DNA of 64,000 nucleotides from a bacterium (lineage in GTDB: Bacteria > Patescibacteriota > Minisyncoccia > Phycocordibacterales > UBA918): positions 189,799 to 253,798 of the forward strand of contig JAYSUD010000001.1 in assembly GCA_043719295.1 (NCBI GenBank), in the 5' to 3' direction. The translations under genes and the position numbers were made by a program. The notes beneath the pieces were generated by a model. That model saw only the letters and a list, made by a program, of their open reading frames with translations. It was not told the DNA's origin and searched no databases. The stretch's first letter is position 1. Every line of letters starts with the position of its first letter. Positions 49,248-58,827 of the stretch are shown here, piece after piece.

Positions 49248-49703
49248 ATGACACGCGTATCTGACGACTCTTTCATGATCGGGCCATTTGGCGACAGTAA
49301 GAAGCCATATGATTACTGTGAAACAATGCTTAAATACGCCCTTCTAGCAGAAGGACCAAAGCAAACAGAGATTTTTGAATCGTCAATTGGTCTCATTATC
49401 GACATGCTTGTTGACGGCATCACCGATGAGTTAGCGGTGAAAAACAAGTGGTCACGTGAGCAAGGTAATCTTGCTGATAAAATATTGTTATCATTCGTTG
49501 AAATTTCACGAATATACGTCATCGACACTTTCAGTGAAAAAAGCTTGAGTGATAACGATGGGACTGATGGACCACTGGCATTTGCGATACTGTTCTTCTG
49601 GACATTGCGGGATAGGGCGTACCAATGTGTAGAAGACAATGTAAAGACGATGCAAACGCAACTTTCCATAACTAAGCAAGTTCCACCGGAAAACATAAGT
49701 TAA
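49248..49703 (+). CDS. hypothetical protein (151 aa)
   Basis: ORF only. Confidence 0.4.
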   Translation: MTRVSDDSFMIGPFGDSKKPYDYCETMLKYALLAEGPKQTEIFESSIGLIIDMLVDGITDELAVKNKWSREQGNLADKILLSFVEISRIYVIDTFSEKSLSDNDGTDGPLAFAILFFWTLRDRAYQCVEDNVKTMQTQLSITKQVPPENIS

Positions 49704-49929
49704 GTGCTCACCTCGCAAAAAAGGCCACTCTGACAAAGTGGCCTTTTCACATACTGTATTCATTTGATATACTTCACCTACCAAAGACCCTGAAATTAGT
49801 TTTGTTACCATTACTACTTATACTAGTTTCAAATGAGGCCACATATAGACCATCTAAAGAAACTCTGCTTTTATATGCTTATTTTACAACATAATTTTTA
49901 CACTTTGTCGGCATAGTATACTTAAAGGG

Positions 49930-50757
49930 ATGCGACATCAGGCTGTATATAAAACAAATGGATTACCAACTCTTGGCGTTATTTTTGCTTTTTGTTCATT
50001 TATTTTAGTCGCTTTTTTCTATCAAGATGAAGTAAAACTAAGTACTGTTGAAAATAATGCGAATGTGGTTACCGCTTCAAAGCAAATTCGCAACATAACT
50101 ACTACTAATACTCCTGTAGCCCTCGCTTCACGTGAAGATGTACCGCGTGTAGTACTCACAAGTAGTACAACAATTGCTATTCAAGATGAAGTAACGATAC
50201 ATAAACCCAAAACTAAAAACAGAGAAAGTGCTACTTCAAAGACTTCTCCTAAAACAATCGACACTGATACAACAGTTATTGTAAAAAATGATGCTACTCT
50301 GACTTTGGTTGAAGATGTAGCAGAACCTTTTACTCGTGATGCTCTCTATGTGAAGACGCTGATACAACTGATTGAAGAAATGACTAATAGTTTTAGAATT
50401 GAAGAAGGTCTTAATCCACTTGTGTACTCTTCTACTCTTGAAACCAACGCACAAAAGTACAGCGAGGTTATGCTTGCTGGAAATTTTCTTTCGCACACAA
50501 ACAAAATTGGCTGTAGTCTTACCTGTCGTTTTAGTAATGATGGATATACAGCAACTGCGTGGGGAGAAAACTTAGCGACAATAAGTTTCACGAAGAAGCA
50601 AAGTCCTGAAGAAGTTGCTTCGTTTTTTATGGGACAATGGAAAAAAAGTGCTGGTCATAGAGATAACCTTGTATCTGAACAATTCACCCACCAAGGTATT
50701 GGCATAGCTGTCTCAGCTACTTCAGTATATGCGACGGTACAATTTGCAAAACCATAG
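49930..50757 (+). CDS. membrane-anchored CAP (SCP/PR-1/YkwD-like) domain protein
   Basis: N-terminal TM helix. C-terminal CAP motifs GENLA and HRDNLVSEQFTHQGIGIA. Confidence 0.7.
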   Translation: MRHQAVYKTNGLPTLGVIFAFCSFILVAFFYQDEVKLSTVENNANVVTASKQIRNITTTNTPVALASREDVPRVVLTSSTTIAIQDEVTIHKPKTKNRESATSKTSPKTIDTDTTVIVKNDATLTLVEDVAEPFTRDALYVKTLIQLIEEMTNSFRIEEGLNPLVYSSTLETNAQKYSEVMLAGNFLSHTNKIGCSLTCRFSNDGYTATAWGENLATISFTKKQSPEEVASFFMGQWKKSAGHRDNLVSEQFTHQGIGIAVSATSVYATVQFAKP

Positions 50758-50842
50758 TTATAGCTATCTCCAATAATAAACATATAGCAAATACCCACCA
50801 GAACATCTTTGGTGGTTATTTGTTTTTTACATTACTCATTAA

Positions 50843-50937
50843 GGGCTGCAGAAATGAGTGTAATTCGAGACGCGAAGTAAAAAATATGCGAGCCCTACTT
50901 GCTGTAGGGTGAACAGATTTTTTATGCACGCAACGTT
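50843..50937 (+). repeat. divergent copy of interspersed repeat family 2
   Basis: gggctgcagaaatgagtgtaattcgagacgcgaag...atgcgag... plus local hairpins. A further 3'-end fragment at 51010-51050 abuts the multicopper oxidase (MCO) stop codon. Confidence 0.45.
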
Positions 50938-51043
50938 AAACTATGACTAAACGTCATTGTTTAAAAGGTTGTCGATATTTTGAAGAAATATCATACAGCC
51001 TGAACAGTTCCTGTATGGAAGAAGTACGCCATTTATACAGGCC

Positions 51044-52861
51044 CTAGTTGACGGTGAAGTTAAACATCATCCCGGCCCCCATATGCTCTGCAATATGGCA
51101 GTGTGACATCCACGTCCCTTTATTACTCATGTCAATAAGAATATCAACAGTCTGACCCATTGGAATTAAGACCGTATCTTTCCACTGCAAGTTTTCGTTT
51201 GCAACACCATCACGACCTAAGACAACAAACCGCTGTCCATGGAAGTGCAGTGGGTGTTGCATTGGGTGGAGTCCTTTACCGTCATTAAACACACGTATCT
51301 TAACCATGTCACCTTGTGTAAATGACCAATTGATTGCACTGTTTTTTAGTCCTGTTGTTTCATCTTCAATGACCCATTCTACAGTTTCATTTGAACTCAT
51401 TTGATTAACTTCAGCCATGCCGTCTTCCCACTCAATGCCGTCTTGGTGGGTGTGCATCATTGCCATAGGCATACCTGCAGTTAGATATGTTGAACAACCA
51501 TCTGTATTTGGTACAAGCTGACAATACTGTGTCGCTTGCGACTCTGTCATTTCTTTCCCTCCGAGTATCACTGTTTTATTTTGCGCTGTTTGTAGCAAAG
51601 GTCCGCATTCTGCCATTGATGGCATGACCGCACAGTGCTCTATCCCTTGTTGTTTTGTCATTTTAACTCCCATAACCATCACGTTTCCATCACTATCAAC
51701 TTGACCTACAGAAGTATCACTTGAGCTTATGCTCTTTAGTTCAATATCAAGGCGGATTTTTTTATCAGGTTCTTTTTTGAGGAGTGCTCCAATGTTGGTT
51801 CGGATATTTTCATAGTCAGAGGTGTTTGAACGCATTTGTAGAAATTTTTGCTCTTCAACCGCACTACTTGGTTTTACAATCACCTCACCAATTTTCAAAC
51901 CACGATTTAAGATTGGATAGGTACCTGCTTCTTTGTAGAGCAGTTCAAGCACATAGCGTTCAGATGGACCAAATACCGTTTTTTCAATTTGAACTTCTTT
52001 TTCAATTCGTCCGTTATCGCCTCCAACTTCTTTAACTAGCGCTCCAGAAAAAGCAATCTCAAGCGTACGCGTGTTTGCAACGTTAGTGAGAAAGAAACGG
52101 GATACTTCCCCTTGGTTGACGGTCAGTTGTAAATTTTCTTTGTCGTTAATGAGAATTTGATCACCATACCGACCCATGAGTGTATGAGTAATAATCGTGG
52201 GATCAAAATCCCCTTTTTCAAGAAGGTCATCAAAAATAAGATACTCTTCGTGCGCAACGGTATTCCAATACCCATCTTCAGTAACTATCATGTTGCCATA
52301 AAGCCCTAGTTCCTGCTGGTAGTCTTCACGAATGTGCGGGTGATACCAGAAAACACCTGTATCAGGAAACTCAAGCTCATAGGTAAATGTACCTCCAATT
52401 GGTATTGGACTTTGAGAAACTGGTACAGCTCCATCGAATTTCCAATTACCTCGAAGTCCATGTGAATGAAGTGCAGTTTCCATATCGATACTATTCTTAA
52501 AGTTCACGGTTATTTTTGAACCTTTCTCAACTTTAAGTATAGGTCCTGGAATCTGTCCATTATATGCAAGGCGTTTTATCGTTCTATTACCTACTTCTTG
52601 CACCACAATAGTCGCCTCAAGATCAAAGGTGTCACCATCTTTAAGCTCCACAATTTGTGTTGGTTTAACGCTATCTCTGTTTTCATCAACCAACGTCAAT
52701 CCCCCTTTAAAGTTCTCAGGTGTCAGTATTTGTTCAACTTCCATTTGCTTAGTAATTCGATCACCGTACAACGTATAGAGTAGAACCCCAACAATAACAA
52801 GGCAGAGTGAGACAATAATAGTTATGAGAAGCCTGAATTGTGATGGTAAAATTTTAATCAT
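51044..52861 (-). CDS. multicopper oxidase (laccase/CueO-like) with an N-terminal membrane anchor
   Basis: Copper-ligand motifs HSHGL, WYHPH, HPLHFHG and HCHIAEHMGAGMM. Confidence 0.85.
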   Translation of the reverse strand: MIKILPSQFRLLITIIVSLCLVIVGVLLYTLYGDRITKQMEVEQILTPENFKGGLTLVDENRDSVKPTQIVELKDGDTFDLEATIVVQEVGNRTIKRLAYNGQIPGPILKVEKGSKITVNFKNSIDMETALHSHGLRGNWKFDGAVPVSQSPIPIGGTFTYELEFPDTGVFWYHPHIREDYQQELGLYGNMIVTEDGYWNTVAHEEYLIFDDLLEKGDFDPTIITHTLMGRYGDQILINDKENLQLTVNQGEVSRFFLTNVANTRTLEIAFSGALVKEVGGDNGRIEKEVQIEKTVFGPSERYVLELLYKEAGTYPILNRGLKIGEVIVKPSSAVEEQKFLQMRSNTSDYENIRTNIGALLKKEPDKKIRLDIELKSISSSDTSVGQVDSDGNVMVMGVKMTKQQGIEHCAVMPSMAECGPLLQTAQNKTVILGGKEMTESQATQYCQLVPNTDGCSTYLTAGMPMAMMHTHQDGIEWEDGMAEVNQMSSNETVEWVIEDETTGLKNSAINWSFTQGDMVKIRVFNDGKGLHPMQHPLHFHGQRFVVLGRDGVANENLQWKDTVLIPMGQTVDILIDMSNKGTWMSHCHIAEHMGAGMMFNFTVN

Positions 52862-52880
52862 GTGTAATCAACCTACTTTA

Positions 52881-53567
52881 TTATCTTTCAGATACTACAA
52901 GATACCCCACCATCCCCTGTTGCCGATGACTCATTACAGAACAATAGTATTGGAACGTTCCTACTTTCTCAGCGACAAAGGTAACTGAAGTAGTTCCTTC
53001 CCCTTGGTTTACTCGCTTTGTGAAAGCCTTAAATTCATCAAGTGCCCAGTCGTGAAATCCTTCTTCACTTTTGAAGTTGATGGTTACCGTATCTCCTTTT
53101 TTAACTTTTATCTGTTTAATGTCATATGCAAAGTCAGTCCCCACCACATCAATATTCACCTGTGCATTTTTTATCTTTGATGCTTCAGTTGTTGACTTAG
53201 TACCAACTCGCATATCAACAAGAGGCTTCACGAGTTGACCATCTTGAAGTTTGATCATACCGTTTTCTAAAATCTCTGCACCCTTAACTTCACTCCCATC
53301 TTTAGCCATTACGGTACCGTCAGGCATAATATGGATTCCTTCGATATCTGGCATCGTTGTATTTGTAACATCGACTTTATCATCTGGAATTTTCTCTACT
53401 TCATTTTTTGGTGTCGGTTCCGTGTTTGTAGGCTGTACAACAACATTCGCCCCAGTAACTTCTGTAGTACTTTGAGTATTTTTACTTTGTACATCTCCAT
53501 ACAACAGATAGGCACCAAGTAAGAGAGCGCACAAGAGTACAATGCTGATACATAGTTTCTTTGTCAT
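52881..53567 (-). CDS. membrane-anchored cupredoxin (type-1 copper) protein with an N-terminal HIMPDGTVM module
   Basis: C-terminal GFHDW...YYCSVMSHRQQGM gives the H-C-H-M ligands. Start taken at MTKKLC. Confidence 0.7.
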   Translation of the reverse strand: MTKKLCISIVLLCALLLGAYLLYGDVQSKNTQSTTEVTGANVVVQPTNTEPTPKNEVEKIPDDKVDVTNTTMPDIEGIHIMPDGTVMAKDGSEVKGAEILENGMIKLQDGQLVKPLVDMRVGTKSTTEASKIKNAQVNIDVVGTDFAYDIKQIKVKKGDTVTINFKSEEGFHDWALDEFKAFTKRVNQGEGTTSVTFVAEKVGTFQYYCSVMSHRQQGMVGYLVVSER

Positions 53568-53571
53568 AGAG

Positions 53572-54219
53572 TTATCGTAAATCAAACGCTGGGGTTATGA
53601 TATCACCATCACTTAACTTTACTTTTCCATCTTGTGTTACTGTTGCACCAGAAACTTTAGTACCGTTTCCCCACATAATAGTACCGTCATTCATGATATG
53701 AATTCCCGATTCATCTTGTTCACTATCTTCATTGTGTGCGTGCACAGAATCACCTTTTGCATCTAATTTTCCTTCTGGAAACGTAATGACCTCTTCAATA
53801 GCATGTACTGACAAACCTGTCTTCTTTGCAATAGCCTCTATTACCGCTTCTTCATCTGTGTAGTCAATACCTTCAAGGATAAACGCTTCTTCAGCTTTAC
53901 CTTCTTTCTGTACATGTGCATGCGTTTTATAACTATGAACTTCTACTGTAACCTTAAGTTCATCAGAGTCGCTTCCATCGTGATGATCTGTCTTTACAGG
54001 TAGAGCTGCTTTCATCTTAAGCAATTCAACTACTTCTGTGAGGATAGTTATCATTTGTTTTAGTTGTGTAATTTTTGCTGTATCTTCAGCATGAACTTCA
54101 CCGTTATGTGCTGATGCAACAGGGAGAACTGCCAAAAATGCAAGCATACACAGAAGTGCATACGCAGAAAATTTCTTTGAAATGTGTGTAATCATAAATA
54201 TTTGTTTTATTGAATGCAT
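53572..54219 (-). CDS. secreted His-rich protein with a C-terminal HIMNDGTIM module (putative copper binding)
   Basis: Signal peptide, His clusters (HNGEVHAED, HHDGSD, HSYKTHAH, HAHNED), and a shared roughly 40-aa module with 52881-53567. Confidence 0.45.
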   Translation of the reverse strand: MHSIKQIFMITHISKKFSAYALLCMLAFLAVLPVASAHNGEVHAEDTAKITQLKQMITILTEVVELLKMKAALPVKTDHHDGSDSDELKVTVEVHSYKTHAHVQKEGKAEEAFILEGIDYTDEEAVIEAIAKKTGLSVHAIEEVITFPEGKLDAKGDSVHAHNEDSEQDESGIHIMNDGTIMWGNGTKVSGATVTQDGKVKLSDGDIITPAFDLR

Positions 54220-54251
54220 AATAAATCTCTATAAACGTTCAAAAAACAAAT

Positions 54252-54653
54252 CTAGTACAACTTAGGATTAAGAATTCCTTTTATAAAAAACAACGTGGAG
54301 TAATTCACAATTCTTAGTGAAACCGCCATGACTCTGCGAAGTTGCAGTGCAAGGAAATACGCACAAAAAAATAAAAAGAGACTCCAGGTACCATACAAAA
54401 GTGCAAGCGTCTCTTCACTTAGAATCAATGCAGTTGGAATAAAAAAGAGTACCTTCTTTTCAGCGCTATGCATGTACTCAGTTAGTGACACGAACACTGA
54501 TGAATCTGTATCTGTTGTTTGTTCATGTGACTGTGTGCCCCCGTGACTATGGGGAATTTGGATTGCGTGGAGACCAAACGAAGCAAGAAGGAGAAAAATA
54601 GCGAAAAATGCAAAAAGTTCCATTACTCTTTTTTTAGCTTTGACTCTAACCAT
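54252..54653 (-). CDS. small membrane protein with an HSHGG motif
   Basis: 2-3 TM helices and a PHSHGGTQSHEQ periplasmic loop, in the copper cluster. Confidence 0.35.
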   Translation of the reverse strand: MVRVKAKKRVMELFAFFAIFLLLASFGLHAIQIPHSHGGTQSHEQTTDTDSSVFVSLTEYMHSAEKKVLFFIPTALILSEETLALLYGTWSLFLFFCAYFLALQLRRVMAVSLRIVNYSTLFFIKGILNPKLY

Positions 54654-54775
54654 ATGTTGTTACCATCATACCAAATAGAACTAGCATAGAAAACCATTCA
54701 TTTGAACAAAAAGGCATCCTAGACATAGAGAAATGTCGTGATACTATTCGAGAGATACAAAGCACCACTCATTGA

Positions 54776-55552
54776 ATGTATATGCACATCCCTCTCAAGA
54801 AAATTAAAGAACTTACTGAAAAAAAGTACCGAACTGAAACAAAGCTGTTTTTAGTTGAAGGTGAAAAAAATATCTTGGAGCTTTTACGTTCTGATTTTGA
54901 AGTGGTGACACTTTTAGGTACTGTACCCTTTTTGAATATAATTAGAACTGAAATTCTTAGCTATGAAAAAGAACACGGCCCACTTACCTGTATAGAAGCA
55001 ACAGAAAACACATTGGTGCAAACAGGAACCTTACTTTCAAACAACACCGGGATTGCCGTCGTACGCCAAAAAGATGCACCTTCGGTAGAAGCGGTCATTA
55101 CTTCAGCACAAGATACCATTGTGCTTATCCTTGATGATATTCGGGATCCTGGAAACTTAGGCACTATTATTCGAACGGCAGATTGGTACGGAGTGACTCA
55201 TATTGTAGCCTCAAATACTACAACTGACTGCTATAACCCTAAGGTTATTGGAGCTACTATGGGTTCGTTTACACGAATGTCGTTACTGTATACAGACCTA
55301 GATTCACTTTTTGAACTCATAGAACCACTTTCTATTCCTGTACTGGTTTCAGAATTAGCGGGGTTAAATACGCATACAGAAGTGTTACCGCAACATGGCT
55401 TTTTACTTATGGGAAGCGAATCACATGGTGCAAGCAAAGCTTCACGACAACATGCTACGCACACTGTTACTATCCCCCGCTTTGGAAAAGCTGAGTCACT
55501 TAATGTGAGTGTCGCAACAGGAATTCTTCTTGATACAATCCGTCGCTTTTAA
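54776..55552 (+). CDS. TrmH/SpoU family RNA 2'-O-methyltransferase
   Basis: GNLGTIIRTADWYGV, and an SPOUT knot region SLNVSVATGILL. Confidence 0.8.
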   Translation: MYMHIPLKKIKELTEKKYRTETKLFLVEGEKNILELLRSDFEVVTLLGTVPFLNIIRTEILSYEKEHGPLTCIEATENTLVQTGTLLSNNTGIAVVRQKDAPSVEAVITSAQDTIVLILDDIRDPGNLGTIIRTADWYGVTHIVASNTTTDCYNPKVIGATMGSFTRMSLLYTDLDSLFELIEPLSIPVLVSELAGLNTHTEVLPQHGFLLMGSESHGASKASRQHATHTVTIPRFGKAESLNVSVATGILLDTIRRF

Positions 55553-55560
55553 TATGCTCA

Positions 55561-55682
55561 GGACTTGCACAAATGAGTGCAGTTCGAGGCGTACAAGCAA
55601 AATAATGCGAGACGTACATTTTGTACGTAGAGTATTATTTTGAGCAGTACAAGGAAGAAATGTGCCATTTGTGCAAGTGCTG
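55561..55682 (+). repeat. interspersed repeat family 2 copy with a perfect 12-bp terminal inverted repeat (cttgcacaaatg/catttgtgcaag)
   Basis: ggacttgcacaaatgagtgcagttcgaggcgtacaag...aataatgcgagacgtacatt...gaagaaatgtgccatttgtgcaagtgctg. It ends exactly at the ybjQ stop codon. Confidence 0.65.
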
Positions 55683-56000
55683 TTACTCAATTACCACAGC
55701 AGTACCAGACACAGTAACCATAAGCATATTACCGATAGTTTGATAATCAATATCAATACCGATTATGGCATTAGCCCCCAAAGCTGCTGCTTTCGCTTCA
55801 ATTTCTTTAAACGAAGCTTCACGGGCATCAGAAATGGTTTTTTCATAGGTTGTCGATCTTCCGCCAACAATATCTCTGATACTTGCCATAATGTCCTTAA
55901 TCACGTTAGCACCAAAGATTGTCTCACCAGTAACTACTCCTTTATATGACTGAATCTTTTTTCCTTCGATACTGTGTGTGGTGGTGAATTCCATATTCAA
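55683..56000 (-). CDS. YbjQ/UPF0145 family protein
   Basis: 105 aa with the typical YbjQ sequence (SIEGKKI...[12 protein letters not shown]). Confidence 0.8.
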   Translation of the reverse strand: MNMEFTTTHSIEGKKIQSYKGVVTGETIFGANVIKDIMASIRDIVGGRSTTYEKTISDAREASFKEIEAKAAALGANAIIGIDIDYQTIGNMLMVTVSGTAVVIE

Positions 56001-56033
56001 ATATTATAATTATTTTAGTACTGTACTAGAGAA

Positions 56034-56978
56034 ATGGGCTCTGTTCAATGCCGTATCTCTGCCATAGCTCAATTTTCATTTATATACAGCATATGCTACA
56101 TTGCTTTTGTGAAAGATATACTCAAAATTCTAGTAGTACTCTTTGTCCTCGCATTTGCAGGAATTGGTGTAGTGGTGACGTTTGTATTTTTTGGGATGCA
56201 ATATGAAGTCTTTAATGTACCGGGATCGATTATTGAACGAAATGCATCATTTGGACTTGTACCAACAACATCAAAGGCCATCAGTGAACCAGAATCAAAC
56301 GGATGCAAAGAAGGCTTAAGTCAAACTGAACCTTGTTTTTGGTTTGACACAGTGCAATGGGAAGTTGTTAAAGGCGGGTTAGAAAAAGACGCTCAAATTA
56401 TTAATCGAGTTGCGGATGAAACAGGCGTAGAAGCACGAATGATTGCGTCAGCAGTAATCCCAGAACAATCACGTTTTTTTACTGACAACAGAGAGGTCTT
56501 TAAACGCTACTTCGAGCCACTGAAACTTTTGGTTTCCCTATCAAAGTTTTCACTTGGTGTTTCAGGAATTAAACAAGAAACAGCAGAAGTAATTGAAGAA
56601 CACACTCTGAATACTGCATCAGCATTTTATCCTGGTGACACTTTCAGTTCACTCATTACGTATGAAGATGGTGTAGACAAAAAACAGGAACTCTTTAATC
56701 GACTGACTAATGAGAAAGATCACTACTACTCATACCTCTATACTGCAATCTATCTTAAAGAGATTGAAGCACAGTGGCTCAAAGAAGGATATGATGTGAA
56801 AAAACGTCCTGATGTTTTAGTAACACTCTTTAATTTAGGATTTGATGCTTCGAAGCCAAAAGAAAATCCACAAGTCGGTGGTGCACGTATTACGCTCGGA
56901 GGCCAGGCGTATAGCTTTGGGTATCTAGGGACATTATTTTATGAAAGTGAAGAACTGAGCGATATCTTTTCCCGATAA
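56034..56978 (+). CDS. hypothetical membrane-anchored protein
   Basis: N-terminal TM helix. No recognisable domain. Confidence 0.45.
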   Translation: MGSVQCRISAIAQFSFIYSICYIAFVKDILKILVVLFVLAFAGIGVVVTFVFFGMQYEVFNVPGSIIERNASFGLVPTTSKAISEPESNGCKEGLSQTEPCFWFDTVQWEVVKGGLEKDAQIINRVADETGVEARMIASAVIPEQSRFFTDNREVFKRYFEPLKLLVSLSKFSLGVSGIKQETAEVIEEHTLNTASAFYPGDTFSSLITYEDGVDKKQELFNRLTNEKDHYYSYLYTAIYLKEIEAQWLKEGYDVKKRPDVLVTLFNLGFDASKPKENPQVGGARITLGGQAYSFGYLGTLFYESEELSDIFSR

Positions 56979-56992
56979 TCAACTATACGGTA

Positions 56993-57019
56993 CTAAAAAA
57001 ACTGCCAATGCAGTTTTTT
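56993..57019. terminator. bidirectional rho-independent terminator
   Basis: aaaaaactgccaatgcagttttttt. Confidence 0.55.
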
Positions 57020-57045
57020 TAGTATTTAAGGTTAAGTACTAATAC

Positions 57046-57780
57046 TTAGTTATTATCAGTTTCAAAACTTTCTACATCACCACACTCCATAGCGTCATCA
57101 TCATCTTCATCTTCGTACGCAACGCAGATTCGATAATAAATATCTGTATCTTCGTCAAGGTTGTAAATCTGAGCACTGAATGATCGATCGTCATCTAAAC
57201 TTGAAGAAAGCAGCACTTTCTGCAAATCATCTCCATTTGATGATACATCGTTGTATGAGTCTTCATTTTCGACATCTTCAACTTCTTCTTCATCCTCTCC
57301 ATACACAAAGAATGCAATACCGTTTTCAAAGTCATTCATTTCAATCTCACCATTAAGTTCGGCTTGATTTTCACTCACATCATCTGCATCGTCTGTTGTT
57401 ACTTCTGGCACATCTTCATCGTCGTTATTATCGTTGTCGTCATCACTATCATCGTCATACCAGTAGGTATAGTGCTTTGATTTCTGCGCGTTATACTCTT
57501 GAAGCCAATGTACTGGCTTCTTGTACGTATACGTGTACTGCTGTGATTGCAGTTTCTGTAGCTGTGCGAGTAGCACACGGATTTGACTCAGAAGTGCCTC
57601 TGTATCATTTGAAGTATGAGTAACATACGTTTGCTGATACATTGGATAAGCTTTATTTTTGTTATGTTTGTTACTGTTGTAACTGTCAGCACTCGCAAAT
57701 GGTGCTGATACCACAAACAACAAAACGGCTACAAATAAGCTCAGTATAGCTTTTTGGGTTCTTGGAATTGAAGTAATCAT
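57046..57780 (-). CDS. secreted acidic protein (third member of the acidic family)
   Basis: Signal peptide, then D/E/N-rich tracts (DDDSDDDNDNNDDEDV, EDEDDDDAMECGD). Confidence 0.5.
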   Translation of the reverse strand: MITSIPRTQKAILSLFVAVLLFVVSAPFASADSYNSNKHNKNKAYPMYQQTYVTHTSNDTEALLSQIRVLLAQLQKLQSQQYTYTYKKPVHWLQEYNAQKSKHYTYWYDDDSDDDNDNNDDEDVPEVTTDDADDVSENQAELNGEIEMNDFENGIAFFVYGEDEEEVEDVENEDSYNDVSSNGDDLQKVLLSSSLDDDRSFSAQIYNLDEDTDIYYRICVAYEDEDDDDAMECGDVESFETDNN

Positions 57781-58039
57781 AATGAATTATACGTAAATTG
57801 GTAACCTCCTTACTCCACGATAGTACGCTTTTGTCTATTTTTTGCAAGCAAAAAACAACACTGACAAGGCTGTCCCAACTGGCAATATATAATGGATCTA
57901 AGAATATGAAGATTTATAGTCTTTATTAAAATTATGTAACGTACCTAATTTATAGGCAAACAAAAAGCCGGATTAAAGAGTTATTTTCTCTTCTTCCGGC
58001 GGTTCGGGCGACAAGTGTCGCCCGAAATGGACTGTGTAC

Positions 58040-58714
58040 TCAACAGAGCTTGTAGAAAATGTGTGCCCCGAGGTCAACTGTATTAGAGCAGAACTTGCCT
58101 GATTTGACCATCTCATCAAACCAACGGTTCTTATGTCTTGCTACCTTGTAGAAGGTTGCTCCGTTGGTTGGATCCTTACCCATCCCACTGTAGTAACCCA
58201 CAAGAAAGAGTGCCGTATCGAGGTTGATTGAAAACCACTTTCCCCAATTACCATTGCGGGTTGCGTGCGCATATGGAAGTATCGGCGCCCATTCTGGATA
58301 GTTATGTGAGTGGTGATAGCGGTAGGTGAAATCACGACTATTGCCACGCGAAGCACCGTCACGGATGACTCCGTAAAAAGTGTCACTCCATTCAGGGTGC
58401 CCTTGCGCATCTTTGCGATTTGCTATAACCCACCGTACCCCTTGTTGCTCAAGGCGCGATTGCTCAAGAGCTTCAAAGTACACCGCTTCAGAGATTTGGT
58501 ACACCGCTGAAGTGATATAGAGAACAGTTATCGCAACCACAATCGAAAACGATCGTATATTGCGCACAACCATTTTCATGATCATGATCAGTGCCCAAAA
58601 TATCATCAACAGAACCGTGCGAATGGTATTGAAGACTGCCGAATGTTTCTTTTTTACAACTGGCTGTTTGTTCCCTTTGTTTTTTGTAGAAGGTTTTCTT
58701 GTCGAACCTTTCAC
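58040..58714 (-). CDS. hypothetical membrane-anchored protein
   Basis: N-terminal basic region plus TM helix. C-terminal domain rich in W, H and Y. No family recognised. Confidence 0.45.
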   Translation of the reverse strand: MKGSTRKPSTKNKGNKQPVVKKKHSAVFNTIRTVLLMIFWALIMIMKMVVRNIRSFSIVVAITVLYITSAVYQISEAVYFEALEQSRLEQQGVRWVIANRKDAQGHPEWSDTFYGVIRDGASRGNSRDFTYRYHHSHNYPEWAPILPYAHATRNGNWGKWFSINLDTALFLVGYYSGMGKDPTNGATFYKVARHKNRWFDEMVKSGKFCSNTVDLGAHIFYKLC

Positions 58715-58827
58715 TGCGGATACTCCCTCTGTATGATGTGCGACTTTTCAAGGCTACAGCACGTAGCCTTTTCTTATTTATTTATATCACAAAAATGCAT
58801 TATGTCAAACTAATCACCAAATTTCAG

